Source: Vicugna vicugna (taxonomy: Eukaryota). From it: 64,000 bases of DNA. Positions 49,101 to 60,850 of this stretch are shown one piece after another. The stretch covers positions 4,112,409-4,176,408 of the forward strand of contig MU059829.1 of NCBI GenBank assembly GCA_013265495.1, read 5' to 3'. The stretch's first letter is position 1; every line of letters begins with the position of its first letter. The notes beneath the pieces were generated by a model. It had not been told where the DNA came from and searched no databases. It saw only the letters and a program-made list of their open reading frames with translations. The position numbers were made by a program, and so were the translations under genes.

Positions 49101-51184
49101 ATATAGACAGGAAGACATGACAGACACACAGAGGCATCTCCTGGTCCTTGCAGTGAGGGCACAGACATGGTGATGTGACTTCTGCCCGTGCAGGAGCCTC
49201 TGACGTGAATCTGAGTCAGAGGAGACGAGTTCTGAAGTTCAGGAATTCCCTTTCACTGGCACCGCCTGTGACAGAGGCGGTGGGCCGACCCCCGGTAGAC
49301 ACATTCGCACCTCAGCAGCTGGTGGAGCATCAGAGCCCCGGCGCAGGCCGGAGCCAGAGGCTGTGGCTGAGCGGTGGTGGCCACGAGCTTTCTCGGTCAC
49401 TGCAGAGGTGGAGGCGCCCAGGGAGCCGGCCGAGCCTGCCCCGCAGTCCCAGCAGCCACCCCGTGTGCCTCTGACACCCTTTCCCTGAAGCCGGCTGGCA
49501 GAGGCTACCATTTGCACCCGAGCCCTCGCTGACGCACCATCTAAGTCCCCCCAAAATCGCAAAGGAGACACTATATTGGTTCCCGTCTTCCAGGTGAGAA
49601 AAGTCCGTGCTGCGTTTTAACTTCAGCCTAAAATCTGTGGGGACCCACTGAACCCTTACAAGTGCTAAAAGGACATAATTAATTTTGCGTTTCGGAAAGC
49701 CTGTGCTAACAGCTGTTGGAGGATGTCGGAGACGCCAGGGGCAGGGAGAGGAGGGAGGTGGACTGTTAACAACGCAAATTAGAAAGACATCAAGTACGCA
49801 TGTCCTGACAGACACCCTTTCCTGCTCACACACAGGGTGAATGAGGTCTGCGTCTCGTTAACCCAATGCTGAGCCATTTCACAAGGAAAGAACCCCAGAA
49901 CTGGGCACGTGCTACGTGCTGGCTTCTCGGGGCTGCTCTGTATACCGACGGAAGCGACTGCCCACACCAGGGTCCAGCGCTGGCCTGAGGAAGACACCTT
50001 CACAGACATGCAGCCTGGCATGCGGGAGCTCAGCTTGAAGGCCAGACCCGCTCGGGTGGACGGGGTTCCCACCATGACCTTTCACTGCTGGTTCCCCACC
50101 GCTTTGTAGCAGCTCCCTGGTTACTTCACGCACATGGTAACAGGCCAGAGACCTGATGCCGGAAGAATGGGGGCGCGGGGTCACAGATTCGGGGTGTCTA
50201 ATCAAGCAGAACATGTTTTAGCAACGCTGACTGAGGAAATGACACCCTCATGCAGATCATCACAACTAGAGACTCCAAACCCTTTTCTTCTTGTGTCTGC
50301 ACACTGAACCACGCATTACAGATTTCGAGAAAAATAACAACCTTTACCAGCTACCAACGTTCGACCAAGTGGTCGCACCACTGACTGCTGCCCGGCCGGC
50401 CCCCTCCTGGCCAGTCGCCCCTGCGCTTCCTGCCCATGTGATCAATTTATTAACTCCTGCATGACCGCAGGCAGAAGTCAAGCGAAGCGCCCTGCTTTGG
50501 TTAAGTTGAATCAAACTTAGGAGAATCTCTTCCTGTTCACAGGCCAGAAGAACCTCCAGTTAAAACCACAGAACTGACTGCAGATGTACGAAGGTTTATT
50601 GTCTCACTCGTAAGAGCAAGACTTACACACACAGTGACAGCATGTGGTAGAGACACACGTCCGACGGCCACCAGGTGGGGGCCGGCTGTCTTCCTCTCCA
50701 CGCACAATTTTTGCTGCCAGGTTTACGGGCATTCCTTCAGCCGTGTTCCATGTCTACACAGCGCGCACGTGTGAACACCCCCAAGGGCTGACATGCCAGT
50801 GCTGGGCGGCCGGGCAGGCCCAGGCGCCCGCCACCTGAGCGGCACTGGTGGCGTCTTCTCCCGCTCTAACCTCAGCCCTGCTTCTACCAACGAGGACAAG
50901 ACACACGTAGTTCTGGATTTCCTCTCTTTTTAAACGAAGCATAATGAAACGTATCGCAGACAGGGCCCGACCTCACTTGTGCGGCTGGACTCCCAGCAGT
51001 CCATTAAACAGACGCACAGGGAAGTAACCATCTTCTTACAAATGGAAAATTACACTCACTCCCAGCCTTCCTCTCCTACGACCCCTCCTGCAACAAAACA
51101 GCTCTCCGTCTAGGCGACCGGACGCGTGCGTCTATGGAACGAATGCCAGTTTAACTAACTGAGTGGAAAGGTGTGTGCATTTTA

Positions 51185-51420
51185 TTTTATCTTTTGTGAC
51201 TACTGTGGTAAAATAGATGTATCAGAAAATCTACCGTTTTTAAACCATTCTGAAGTGTGCTGGTTAACGGCACTAAACACATTGGCCACGTTGCACAACC
51301 ACCACCGTCTCTCCCTAAACCTTCTCATCACCCCAGACAGAAACCCTGTCATGTTGCAACAGCAACTCCCCGTTGCCCACCCAAGCCGCTGGTAACCACG
51401 GGCCCACTTTCTGTCTCTGT
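51185..51420 (-). mobile_element. L1MB-type 3' terminus
   Basis: ctgtggtaaaatagatgtatcagaaaatctaccgttttaaaccattctgaagtgtgc...gcacaaccaccacc...gcaactcccc...ctggtaaccac...ctttctgtctctg. Confidence 0.8.
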
Positions 51421-51479
51421 TTTCTTACTGTTGAGTTTTAATCGTCCTTTGTATGTTTTGAATACTCGTCTTTTACTGT

Positions 51480-51840
51480 GACTTGATAGAAGATCCAAGT
51501 CTAGATTTTTGGCCCAAATACGGTCCTCGTGGGTGACTGTTCTGTGTGACCGTGAGAACGAGGTGTACTCTGCAGGTGCTGGGCGAAGTCGTCTGCGGGT
51601 GTCGCTCAGACCCCGCTGACGGATGGCGTGCAGCTCAACCCGTCCTCGGGGATTCTCTGCCAGCTGGACCTGCCCGTCGCTAGCAGTGGGGTGTTGAAGT
51701 CCACAGTCATGGCAGTGGATTCATCTGTTTCCCCTGCAGTTCCATCACTTGTGCTTCACATTCTGACGCCGTACGGCTAGACACGCAAACGTTAAGAACT
51801 ACGACGTCTCACCGGAGAACTGGTTCCTGACTGATGAGGT
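51480..51840 (-). mobile_element. L1 ORF2 endonuclease-region fragment (GC-shifted)
   Basis: tttttggcccaaatacggtc...gtgtactctgcaggtgctggg...agtggggtgttgaagtcc...gtggattcatctgtttcccc matches the antisense L1M EN region. Confidence 0.75.
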
Positions 51841-51994
51841 GACACCGGGCCAGCCCTGAAGTCCCAGCTCTGGGCGTCTCTGAGAGTTCGTAGTCGTGAA
51901 AGTTTGTAAGATTCTGAAAATGCCTTTTCTGCATGAGTTGAGATGTCCAGGTGTTTTCTTCTTTCCTTCTTTTACCGCGGCGTTACCGGATTGC

Positions 51995-52330
51995 TTACAC
52001 TGAATCACCTTTGCATTCCTCTTGTTTCTGCCCTGAGATTTTCCTCCACCTGTGTTGTGCTATAACTGACCTGCCTTCCTTGAATAAATCCCACCTGGTC
52101 ACGCGTCTACTCCCTGCAATGGTCTGCTGGACTAAGTCTGCTTGTCTTCTGCTGGGGACTTTTGCATCTACAGTCATGAGGGATACTGGTCTGTAAGCTT
52201 CCTTCTTCGGGGTCTCTGCATCCAGCTTACGTGCCAAGGTGATGCCGGCCTCAAGGAATGTGTCGGGAAGCGACTTTCCGGAAAACTTCAAGGATTGGGG
52301 TGAACATTGTACATGTGTTACCTGGTGTCT
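51995..52330 (-). pseudogene. L1 ORF2 reverse-transcriptase N-terminal remnant
   Basis: LPDTFLEAGITLARKLDAETPKKEAYRPVSLMTVDAKV aligns to L1 [38 protein letters not shown]. Confidence 0.85.
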
Positions 52331-53893
52331 GTGTTTTGTAGGAGTCAACAGTGAAGCCCTCCGGTCCCGGAAATGTCTATCTTGGGAGCGTTGTTTGTAA
52401 CTGCCGGTTTGGGCTCCTGCCCTGTTGGAGGCCTCCTGAGATTGGCCACTCCTCCTCCAGTCACCCGCTTGTGGGAACGTACCCACGCCACCCCAGTCAT
52501 CTAGCTGTTGTACCACTGTGCACAGCACTCCCTTACAATCATTTTTATTTCTATATAAAACAAGCAAAGCCTCCGCTTCCACCTCGGATTGTACCTGCTT
52601 GCGTCTACACTCCTTTTTCTTCGTCAGGCTAGTTAAAGGTTTGTTGATTTTTGATCCTTCAAAGAATCAACTTTCAGTTTAGTTGACACTCTGTTGTTTT
52701 TCTCTTCTTTAATTATCTCTACTTTACTATTGATTCTTTCCTTCCTTCTGATAACTTCAGCTTCTCCTTGTTGCTCAAGATACAAAGTCAGGCTATCAAT
52801 CTGAAATCTTTCTTCTTTTTAACGCAGGTGTTTACAGCTGTCAACTGTCCTCTGAGCACAGGGTTTGTAACGTCGGCACGTTTTGTCACGTGGCGTTCTC
52901 ATTTTCACAATCTCTACGCGTTTTCTATTTCCCTTATGATTTCTTTTTTGCCGCGTTGGTCACTGAAGAGAGTCTTGTTCGATTTCCACGTGCACATCAT
53001 GCTCATTGTGCGCATCAATCTTCCAGCTTCCCCCTGCTGCTGGTTCCTGGCTTCATTCCTTTATGGTCAAAAGCAGACTTTGTATGATTTCAATCCTTTC
53101 AAGTATATGAGACTTGCTGTGTAGCCTGACGCACCGTCCGTCATGGAGGAGGTCCCACGCGCACTTCAGGAACCTGTGCGTTTTCTCTCTTTGGGCAGAA
53201 TGCTCTACGTCTGGACGTGTGTCACATCCAGCTGGTCTACGGAGCTGTTCGAGTCCTCTGTGTTCTACTGACCTTCTTTCTATGTAGACATTCTGCCCAT
53301 TATTGACAGTTCGCTTCGCTCAGCTGTGACTCCTCCCCCTTATTCCACCAGCCTTCGTTTCCTATCTATTAGGACCCTGTTTGGTGCATATACTTCCAAT
53401 TGTTGTCTTTTCTTGTGAACTGACGCTTTTATCAGCACGTAGATACCCCTGCTCCCCCATCTCCTCCGTAACTGCCGTTCGTGTTTAGCTGGTTTTCATT
53501 TGTGGTGAGCCGTTTGATTTCCCTTTACTTTCCTTTCGTGTATACATTTTTAGGGTTTTTCGTGGATAAATTTAGGATGTTGGGGTTACATTTATCTAAA
53601 CTTGTAACAGATTAGTGCAAGCGGATGCAACATCAACCTCAACAGCACACAAAACTCTGCTTGTACAGCTCCATTTTGTTGTTGTTTTTCACAAACTACA
53701 CCTAGATACATGTGCTCAATAGCATAGATTTACAACCGTCTATTATGCAACTGTCTCTCAATTACGGTAGGAAATAAAAGCGGGAACGTGAACCACAAAC
53801 ACGATGACGGTGGTTTCCCGTTTGTCCGTGCACTACACCTACCGGAGACCTTTCTTCAGGGAGTCTGGAGTCGCTGTCCACTGTCCTTTCACT

Positions 53894-54363
53894 TCAAACT
53901 TGAGTTAGTCCCTTCAGCATTTCTTTCAGGGCAGCCCAGTGGTACCAAAGTTTCTGTTTTTCTGGGAACGTCTTAATTTTGCCTTCGGGTTCAGTGGGTA
54001 TGGATACGTGACAGGTCCCTTCCAGCACTTTAAATGTCACCCCATGTTCTGGCCGCCGCGGTTTCTGATGAGAAGTCAGGTGATGTCTTTTGAGAGCCCT
54101 TTGCATGCGACGCGCTGCTTCTTTCTCTTTCCCGCCCTGCTCTTTTTTCCTTTCAATGGTTTAATTATAATGTGTCTTTTTGTGGGTCTGTGCTTAGCCT
54201 GCTCGGAGTTCATTAAGCTTCTTAGACCTGTAGATTCACGTCTTGCATAAAAGTTTCGGAAGTTTACAGCTGTAATTCCTTCAAACACTGCATTTGCTCC
54301 TCCCCGCCCCGTCTCCTGCTGGGACCCCCACGACGTGTGTGAGGTCTGCCTGCTGGCGTCCAC
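53894..54363 (-). pseudogene. L1 ORF1p remnant (RRM/CTD), frameshifted
   Basis: VFEGITAVNF..., RHIIIKPLK and EGKIKTFPEKQKL...ALKEMLKG match the L1 ORF1 motifs IFEEIMAENF, RHIIIKLLK and EGEIKTFPDKQKL...ALQEMLKG. Confidence 0.85.
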
Positions 54364-57134
54364 GGGGCACTCAGGCCCGCACTTCCCTTCATTCTTCTGC
54401 TGCTGCCCCTCAGCCTGTAGCTTCAGTTGTCTTGTATGACAGTTTGTGGACTCTTTCTTCTGTGTCCAGATGTGTTGTTAGATCCCTGAGCTGCATGTTT
54501 CATCTCAGTGGCTGCCCTTTTTCTTCTCTAGAATTTCTGTTTGGTTTCTGTAACTTTCTATTTACATTCTTATTTTGTTCGTACATTGTTTTCCCAATTC
54601 CTCTAGTTTTTTGAGTATATTTAAGACAATTGTTTTAAAAATATTTGCCCAGTAAGTCCAATGTCTGGACTTCCTCAGGAATGGCTTCCTTTAATTTACT
54701 CTGTTGCTTAGAATGGGCCATACTTCCTCTTTTAATATTTTCTAATTAAAAGTTTAAATTTTTAAAATTTAAAACTTTCCTGTATGCCTTTAATTTTTTG
54801 TTGAAAGTAGGACATTTGAAGATTATCCTGTGGTTACTCTGGAAACCCTTCCCCAGCACCGGCTTTTTTGTTGTTGTTGAACAGTCATCTGTTTAGTGAT
54901 TTTCCTAGCTTTTTTTAAAAAAACAAAAACTGTATTTGTCATGGTTTGAGGTCACCAAGGCCTCTGTTCCTTAGCTCGAGACCAGCTAGTGTTCTGACAG
55001 AGATCTCCTTGAATGTAAGCAGCTAAGAAACAAAAAACCAAAGAACAAAGAAAATGCTTTTCCCAGTCTTTCCGGCTTTTCCCTCTGCTGAGCTACAGAC
55101 GAGCTCACAAAGCCCAGGGCTCAGCCTGAGGCAAAACTCAGCGTCTTCTCAGGTCTTTTCTGAACAGACACACTGACCCGGGTGTGTGTGGCTCTCTAGG
55201 TTGCTGTGCTCAAACAAGGGCTTTTTAAAGGTACTGTGGCAAAATACACACACCATAAAGTCTGGCAAGTGGGTGGAGCCAAGGCAAATGAAAATTCCAC
55301 ACAGTTTTCTTATTTTTAAGTTGCTTTTTCTCGACTGGGCATTTTCCTGGTTGCTGCAAACTTCTGTTTCCCAGCGCTCTGACAAAGTTGCCTGACTGTC
55401 ACTGCTCGGTCCTTGACGTCTGTAGGGGCAGGCTGGCATTGGGAGCTGCCCACTCCACCACTTTGCTGATGTCACTCCTGTGCATCTTAAATTCCCTTCA
55501 AAGAGGCTGTGTCAGTCACGGGAGGAGCGCCTCAGGCCTTCACCGCTGTAGTACATTTAGAAATGCTTTGATCTTTGCCAATTTGATGAGAAAAAAGAAA
55601 ACATTTCATAAAAAAATGTTTCTTTCATCATTAAAAAGGCTGAACAACTTTTCCTATGTTTAGAAATTATTATCGCATATTTACACAGGGAAACACGTAC
55701 CACTCAGCGATGTAGCTAAATGTAGTAAATATTCAAGACGAATCACGGTGCCTTGTTCAGGAGGTAAGGCAGATGGAAGCTCGTGTGTGGTGGGGACACT
55801 CAGGAGGGTAAGGAGGGGCTTGAGGGCAGAGGGCACTCACGCGGTGGAGGGGTGACTTCACGGTGGCGCCGCCACTAAAACCGGCATGACCTGGGCACGT
55901 GCAGCGAGGAGTGCGATCTCGAATGAGTGCTTTCCTACAAGTTCTTTCTGCTCTGTTTCATCCGACTTTCTTTCCAACTTTTTTCCCTGGAAATCGTTAA
56001 GGTACACAGAGGCAGACACAACTCCCTGGCTGATTCGGCAGCTCCCCTACCTCTCCGGTTTGGAATCGCGGTGAAGGAAAGGGGACATCACTCCTACGAC
56101 AAGGTAAGGAGAGGGCCCTGACTTCACAGGCATGTCCCTCGTGGAAGGAAAGGAGGGTTTCCGTGCCTTCTGCGACAGCAGGGGGACCCACACTCAGAAC
56201 ACCGTCTATCATGTTCCGAGGGACGCTGGACTTCTCGTCTCCGACCATCAATATCAATTGTTTCCTTTAGCCTCTGGTGCCGCAGCAAAGCCCTGGAGGG
56301 TTTGCACGTTGCTGGCCCATAAAGGGCTCCAAGCCAGTTAAGGGAGTGCTTTAAAACCACAATTATCCTTGGGAAGTAAATGATAAATCCTTGGTGAAAT
56401 GACCCACTTTGGAAGGTCCAAACAAACATTTCTCTGATGACTGTCCCCAGTGGAACAGCAGCTGGGGCTGTACTGACAGCAAAAGGACACACAGAATAAT
56501 CTCCGAGCAGGAAAGAAGGCTGAATTCCGGGGAGATTTGCTAACTTGCTGATCATAGTCCCCAAAATTCAGAATTAAAAAGAATATATTAATAAAATAGT
56601 TTTGAACACCAGTCATTTGTGTGTTGCCTTGCTGGGCTCTGCGAGGAAGACGGAAGAAAAAGAAACCACTGCTGTTAAAGGAATAAAAATACTACCAGAC
56701 GCACACACAGGAGGTCGCGCGCCATGATGACGAGAGCCATGTGAAGAGAGCGCCGCCGGGCACCACGGCACTTCTGCGCTGCGTGCTGCTCAGCAGCCCC
56801 AGCGGGGACCCGTCTTCGGGGGGGAAGGTGAGGCCCAGGGAGGCCGGGAACCCACAGAACTTGTCAAAGGCAAAGCCAGAATTTTACCAACTCTCCTTCA
56901 GACCCACAAGCTGTTTTGAGCGCACTTACATAACTGGACACTAGGCTTACCCACCATGAAAGTCACAAGGGCTCATTGTTACACCTTAAGGAAGATGGGG
57001 CACAGCGCAGGATTTACACAAACCAAGCAGGGCGGTGCCGACGACCCCACGGCTCCCGGGGCCCCAGGAAGCCACAGGAGCCACCGCTGCTGTGTGTCAA
57101 GACCACCGGGGCCGCGAGCTCCACGGGGGCTGGT

Positions 57135-57260
57135 GCTGATTTCCACGCCACCCTCAGAGGGACAGGTTCTACCCAGCTTTCAAAGAAGGAAACTGAACTC
57201 AGGGCCATTAAGTCAGTGGCCGTGATCGCAGAGTGGGGAGTGACACCTCTGGCTCCGAAG
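57135..57260 (+). mobile_element. MIR SINE fragment
   Basis: cacgccaccctcagagggacaggttctacccagctttcaaagaaggaaactgaactcagggccattaagtcagtggcc resembles MIR. Confidence 0.55.
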
Positions 57261-57921
57261 TCCACGCAGTCGGACCTCGCCGGGCCCGGACGGGGAGGAC
57301 ACCACCCCCGGGCTCCCCTCCAGAGGAGGACGCCCGCCACGCTGAGCCCTGTGTCACCGCCACCTGGACGCCCGGCACGTGCTTACCCTGGTCATGGCCG
57401 TCAGCCCGCAGCCGCCTCATTTCGCCTGACTGTGCGCAACGGTTACCCCACGACCGGCGTCCGCGTGGATGACAGGCGACTGAGCCAACTGTGCCCTCAG
57501 ATGCGCGCCCTCTCAGCGCTTTCTCGTGAGGCCGGAGTGTTTACTGCACGGTAGTCAACGGCGGTGGCGACCCGAGGCCGACGTGCAGGTCCCAGCGTCC
57601 ACGCGGCGAGCGCGCCTCGGCTCTCGATGAGGTGCTTCCCTGTGCTGTCGCACCGTCTCGGCTCATCCTCTCTCCCGCGCTCTGTGCGTCTGCGCGCGGC
57701 ATCACGCAGCTGCTGCGGGGCGGCCTCACGGTCGGGCCACTGGATGGACCAAGGGGCACAACCACCATGGGCGCCTTCCTCGCTCTACTTGCTGCTTCTT
57801 TTCAAAGAAAAACTGGTTAACGGTCTCAGTTATTAATGATCTGCCCTCGTCGTCGTCGTTCTCCTTAGACTTTCTGCTTCTGCGATCAGCTGTTTGTTTA
57901 TGTTTGGTGCACATGTGTCAC

Positions 57922-58037
57922 CGTTATTTTTACTTTTTATTTTATTTTATTTACTTCCCTTTAACAGAGGCGCTGGGGATGGAACCGGGACCCGGTGCGC
58001 GCCAGGCACTGAGCTAACCACTGAGCACGCCCACCCC
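57922..58037 (-). mobile_element. tRNA-derived SINE, camelid Vic-1-like
   Basis: The minus strand reads ggggtgggcgtgctcagtggttag...cccggttccatccccagcgcctctgttaaa followed by an A-rich tail, with degenerate Pol III A and B boxes. It resembles the camelid SINE as recalled. Confidence 0.75.
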
Positions 58038-59776
58038 GCTGTCGGCATTTTTCGTGTGCGATTTAACACTTTCTTCGAAGGTGAAAGCCGGGGCCTCAGA
58101 CTCCTCCCCGTTCGGCTGCGCACAAAGGCTTCCTCACACCAACAGTCCTGCTCCTCCAGTCGCCGCACCCGCTGCGCGCGCAGCCACGCCCGCTGCCACA
58201 CTGGATTCGCGCTCCAGGCAGCCCCTGTGCAGTTCTGCAGGTCCCAGCCCTCCTGCTCCTTCAGGCAGAGCCCGGCTGCTGCACCAGAAGTTCTCAGGTA
58301 AGTCTTCGTCCCCGTCAAGGACACACTGACTGGCTACTAATGCAGCCTTTCTTTTGGCCTAAGTTGCAATTTCATGAATATTGAAACAGCCTCTACTTCA
58401 TGACCTGCGAAGTCACCCGGACGGTCCGAGCGGCGGAGCCAAGGGAAACCACTCTCCTTTGAGAAAGAATTAGCTGCTCCGTTTACTAAGGCGATGAATA
58501 CGCCCAAAAGCCCCTCTCTCTCCACGCGCCTGTGACTCTGGTCTGGAGAGAGGACACTGGGATGCGGGACAGGAGGGAGCCTAATGGGTCAGCCGTGCTG
58601 TCGGTGATGAAGTCCGGGTCAGAACCAGGCGCAGACTTAATCAGCTTGTGCAAGAAGCAAGCCCCAAGCCCCGGAGACCAGAGAGTGGAGAAAAGTGGCC
58701 TGGCGGGCAGGCACCGTCAGCCCACCCACCCCTCCTGCCCCAAGACCCTGTCTCCTCCCGGGGCCCTTGCTGGTGCTGGAGCCTCTGTGGGCAGCTCGCC
58801 AGCACATGCCGTGGGAGGTGCATCTGGGCTCGATTACGTTGGAACGTACGGAGAACTTCCTGATTCTCCATCAAGACAAAGTTGGATCTTATAAAGGAAG
58901 AAATAAATTACAAACGTTTCTGGACAACACTGGGGATTAAACACTGTATCAAGTTCTGGACAATCAGTCTCATACACTTTGTTTTTCAAGATCACGGGTC
59001 CTTCCCATTCGCGTGGAATCTTGGAGTGAAAACGTCTCCCACCGACCTCCCTCCTTCTCAGCCCACTGGCTGTTCCCTCTTCCAAGCAAGCTCTCTCCCT
59101 GCTGGAGGCGGCGTCCAGGGCGGCTGACCACCACCAGTTACACCTCCAGACGGAGCCACGCACGAGGCAGACAGGCTGGGTACACCCAGCGACCTCACCA
59201 GCCGAAGTGCAGCTCACAGTGAAGATGCAGTCACGCGTGAGAAACCAACGAAGCCCACCAGAACTGAGGGGTTTGTTTTCTGTCTCCCCACGTTCAAGGG
59301 CTTGTCTCGTCCACGGTGCAGAGCAGAGCAGCCCACTTGGTCGGCACTCGGCAAGTAAGTACTTGACATCACCTTCCTCGTATCCCTAGGTCAGCGCCAG
59401 GAAGGCGCAGTCTCGGAGGCCAGGCCGAGTCAGATTATCCTCCTACAAAAATATCGCACCTGGTGTCCAGCTCTTCGATTTATTAAACCAACACGTGTCG
59501 TGTGCTGACACTGCGCCCGGCTGAACGAGATAAACGTCCTCCCACCTGTGCGGTGAGGTTTGATGCAGCTGAAATACAGCTCAGCGCAGTCCAGACGCGC
59601 AGTAGTTGACCCTCTCCGCCATGTCCCGTGACTGACGAGCGGGGAGCCGCGCGGCAGCCAGTGCCAGGGGAGGAGGGAAGCCCTTGGGGCAAGCGTCCAA
59701 CCCAAGGCTCCTTTCACAGCTTGGCTCCAACGCCTGGGCAGCACACACATGTGACGCCGGGGCTGGCTGTGAAAGT

Positions 59777-60140
59777 GGCTGCGGCCTGAGCTGCGCTCCC
59801 TCCTCCCCCCAAAATTCAGATGTCGACGAAGCTCAACCCCTGGTGTGACTGTATGTGCAGCATGGAGACAATAAGGTTAAATGAGGTCACGAGGGCAGGG
59901 CCCTCACCCTACAGGACTAGCGCTCTTCTAACAAGGGATCCGAGACATCTCTCTCCACCAAGTGAGGACACAACAGGAAAACCGCGTCTGCAAACCAGGG
60001 AGAGTCCTCACCAGGAGCCAGACCCGCCGGCACCTTGACCCCGGACCTCCAGCCTCCAGAACCGTGGGACATAAATGTCTGCTGGGACGGGCACCCCCGG
60101 TCTGCGGTATCTTGTATCACAGCCTGAGCCAACTACGACA
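59777..60140 (+). mobile_element. MaLR LTR (MLT1-type), solo, with 5-bp TSD
   Basis: ccccccaaaattcagatgt...aaggttaaatgaggtcac...gtgaggacaca...cctccagcctccagaaccgtgggacataaatgtctg...aactacgaca. TSD AAAGT at 59772-59776 and 60141-60145. Confidence 0.85.
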
Positions 60141-60454
60141 AAAGTCATCTGAGTTGTTTTAAATTTGTGCTCACACAAGAAGGTCGCCTCAGACCAACTC
60201 CTGACAGACTGCAGTCCAGTGGGAAATGCAGACGATAATAACCATGATATCATTTTGGTTTTATGCAGCACTTTGCTTCTGAGCAGTTCACAGCACTTGA
60301 AAAATAATTTTAAAATATCAGGTATGAAATAGCATTATTAGTCCTAATTTGCAAACAACATCAGAAGACAGGCTTTTAAAGTGAATATCCTAGTTCAAAC
60401 TAATCACTTACTTATCGAGCCACAGAATTAGCAAAATCTAATTTACTTAAAAAT

Positions 60455-60850
60455 TTTTATTTAATTAAAAAAATTTTATACAATTTTAGAAGTCACATTC
60501 CATTTACAGTTATTACAAAATATTGGCTACATTCACCGTGTTGTACATACATCCTTGAGCCTGACCTACACACAGCAGTTTGGCCCTCCCACTCCCCGCT
60601 CCCCTCTGGTAGCCACCATTTGTTCTATCTGTGAGTCTGCCTCTTTTTTTATTATATTCACTAGTTTGTAGTATTTTTTAGATTCCTCAGATAAGTGATG
60701 TCATTCAGGTTTTGTCCTTCTCTGTCTGACTTATTTCACTCTGCAAGACGCCCTCCAAGTCCATCCATGTTGCTGCAAATGGCAGAATTTCCTTCTTTTT
60801 CATGGCCGAGTAATATTCCACTGTATACACCACAGCTTCTTTTCCAGTCA
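60455..60850 (-). mobile_element. Cetartiodactyl-type L1 3' end
   Basis: cattccatttacagttattacaaaatattggctacattc...gtgagtctgcctc...ttagattcc...ccaagtccatccatgttgctgcaaatggcagaatttc, well preserved and AT-rich. Confidence 0.85.

Larger units (their letters stand above)
51900..55480 (-). mobile_element. Ancient L1 5' half (L1MC/L1MD-type): 5' end, ORF1, inter-ORF, ORF2 EN to start of RT; decayed
   Basis: Minus-strand peptides match L1 ORF1 and ORF2 (see the pseudogene entries). The terminal gctgatgtcactcc is typical of L1MC/MD 5' ends. The block is AT-rich relative to its flanks. Confidence 0.85.

Noticed and set aside
50667-50682. CTCF-like CCACCAGGTGGGGGC
   Set aside because: Mismatch at the highly conserved C of GGC.
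51185-51205. ttttgtgactac resembles the antisense of miR-153
   Set aside because: Only a partial match, with no hairpin partner, and it lies in an L1 3' end.
57960-58037. Possible tRNA gene
   Set aside because: Degenerate boxes, no cloverleaf and an A-rich tail indicate a SINE rather than a tRNA.
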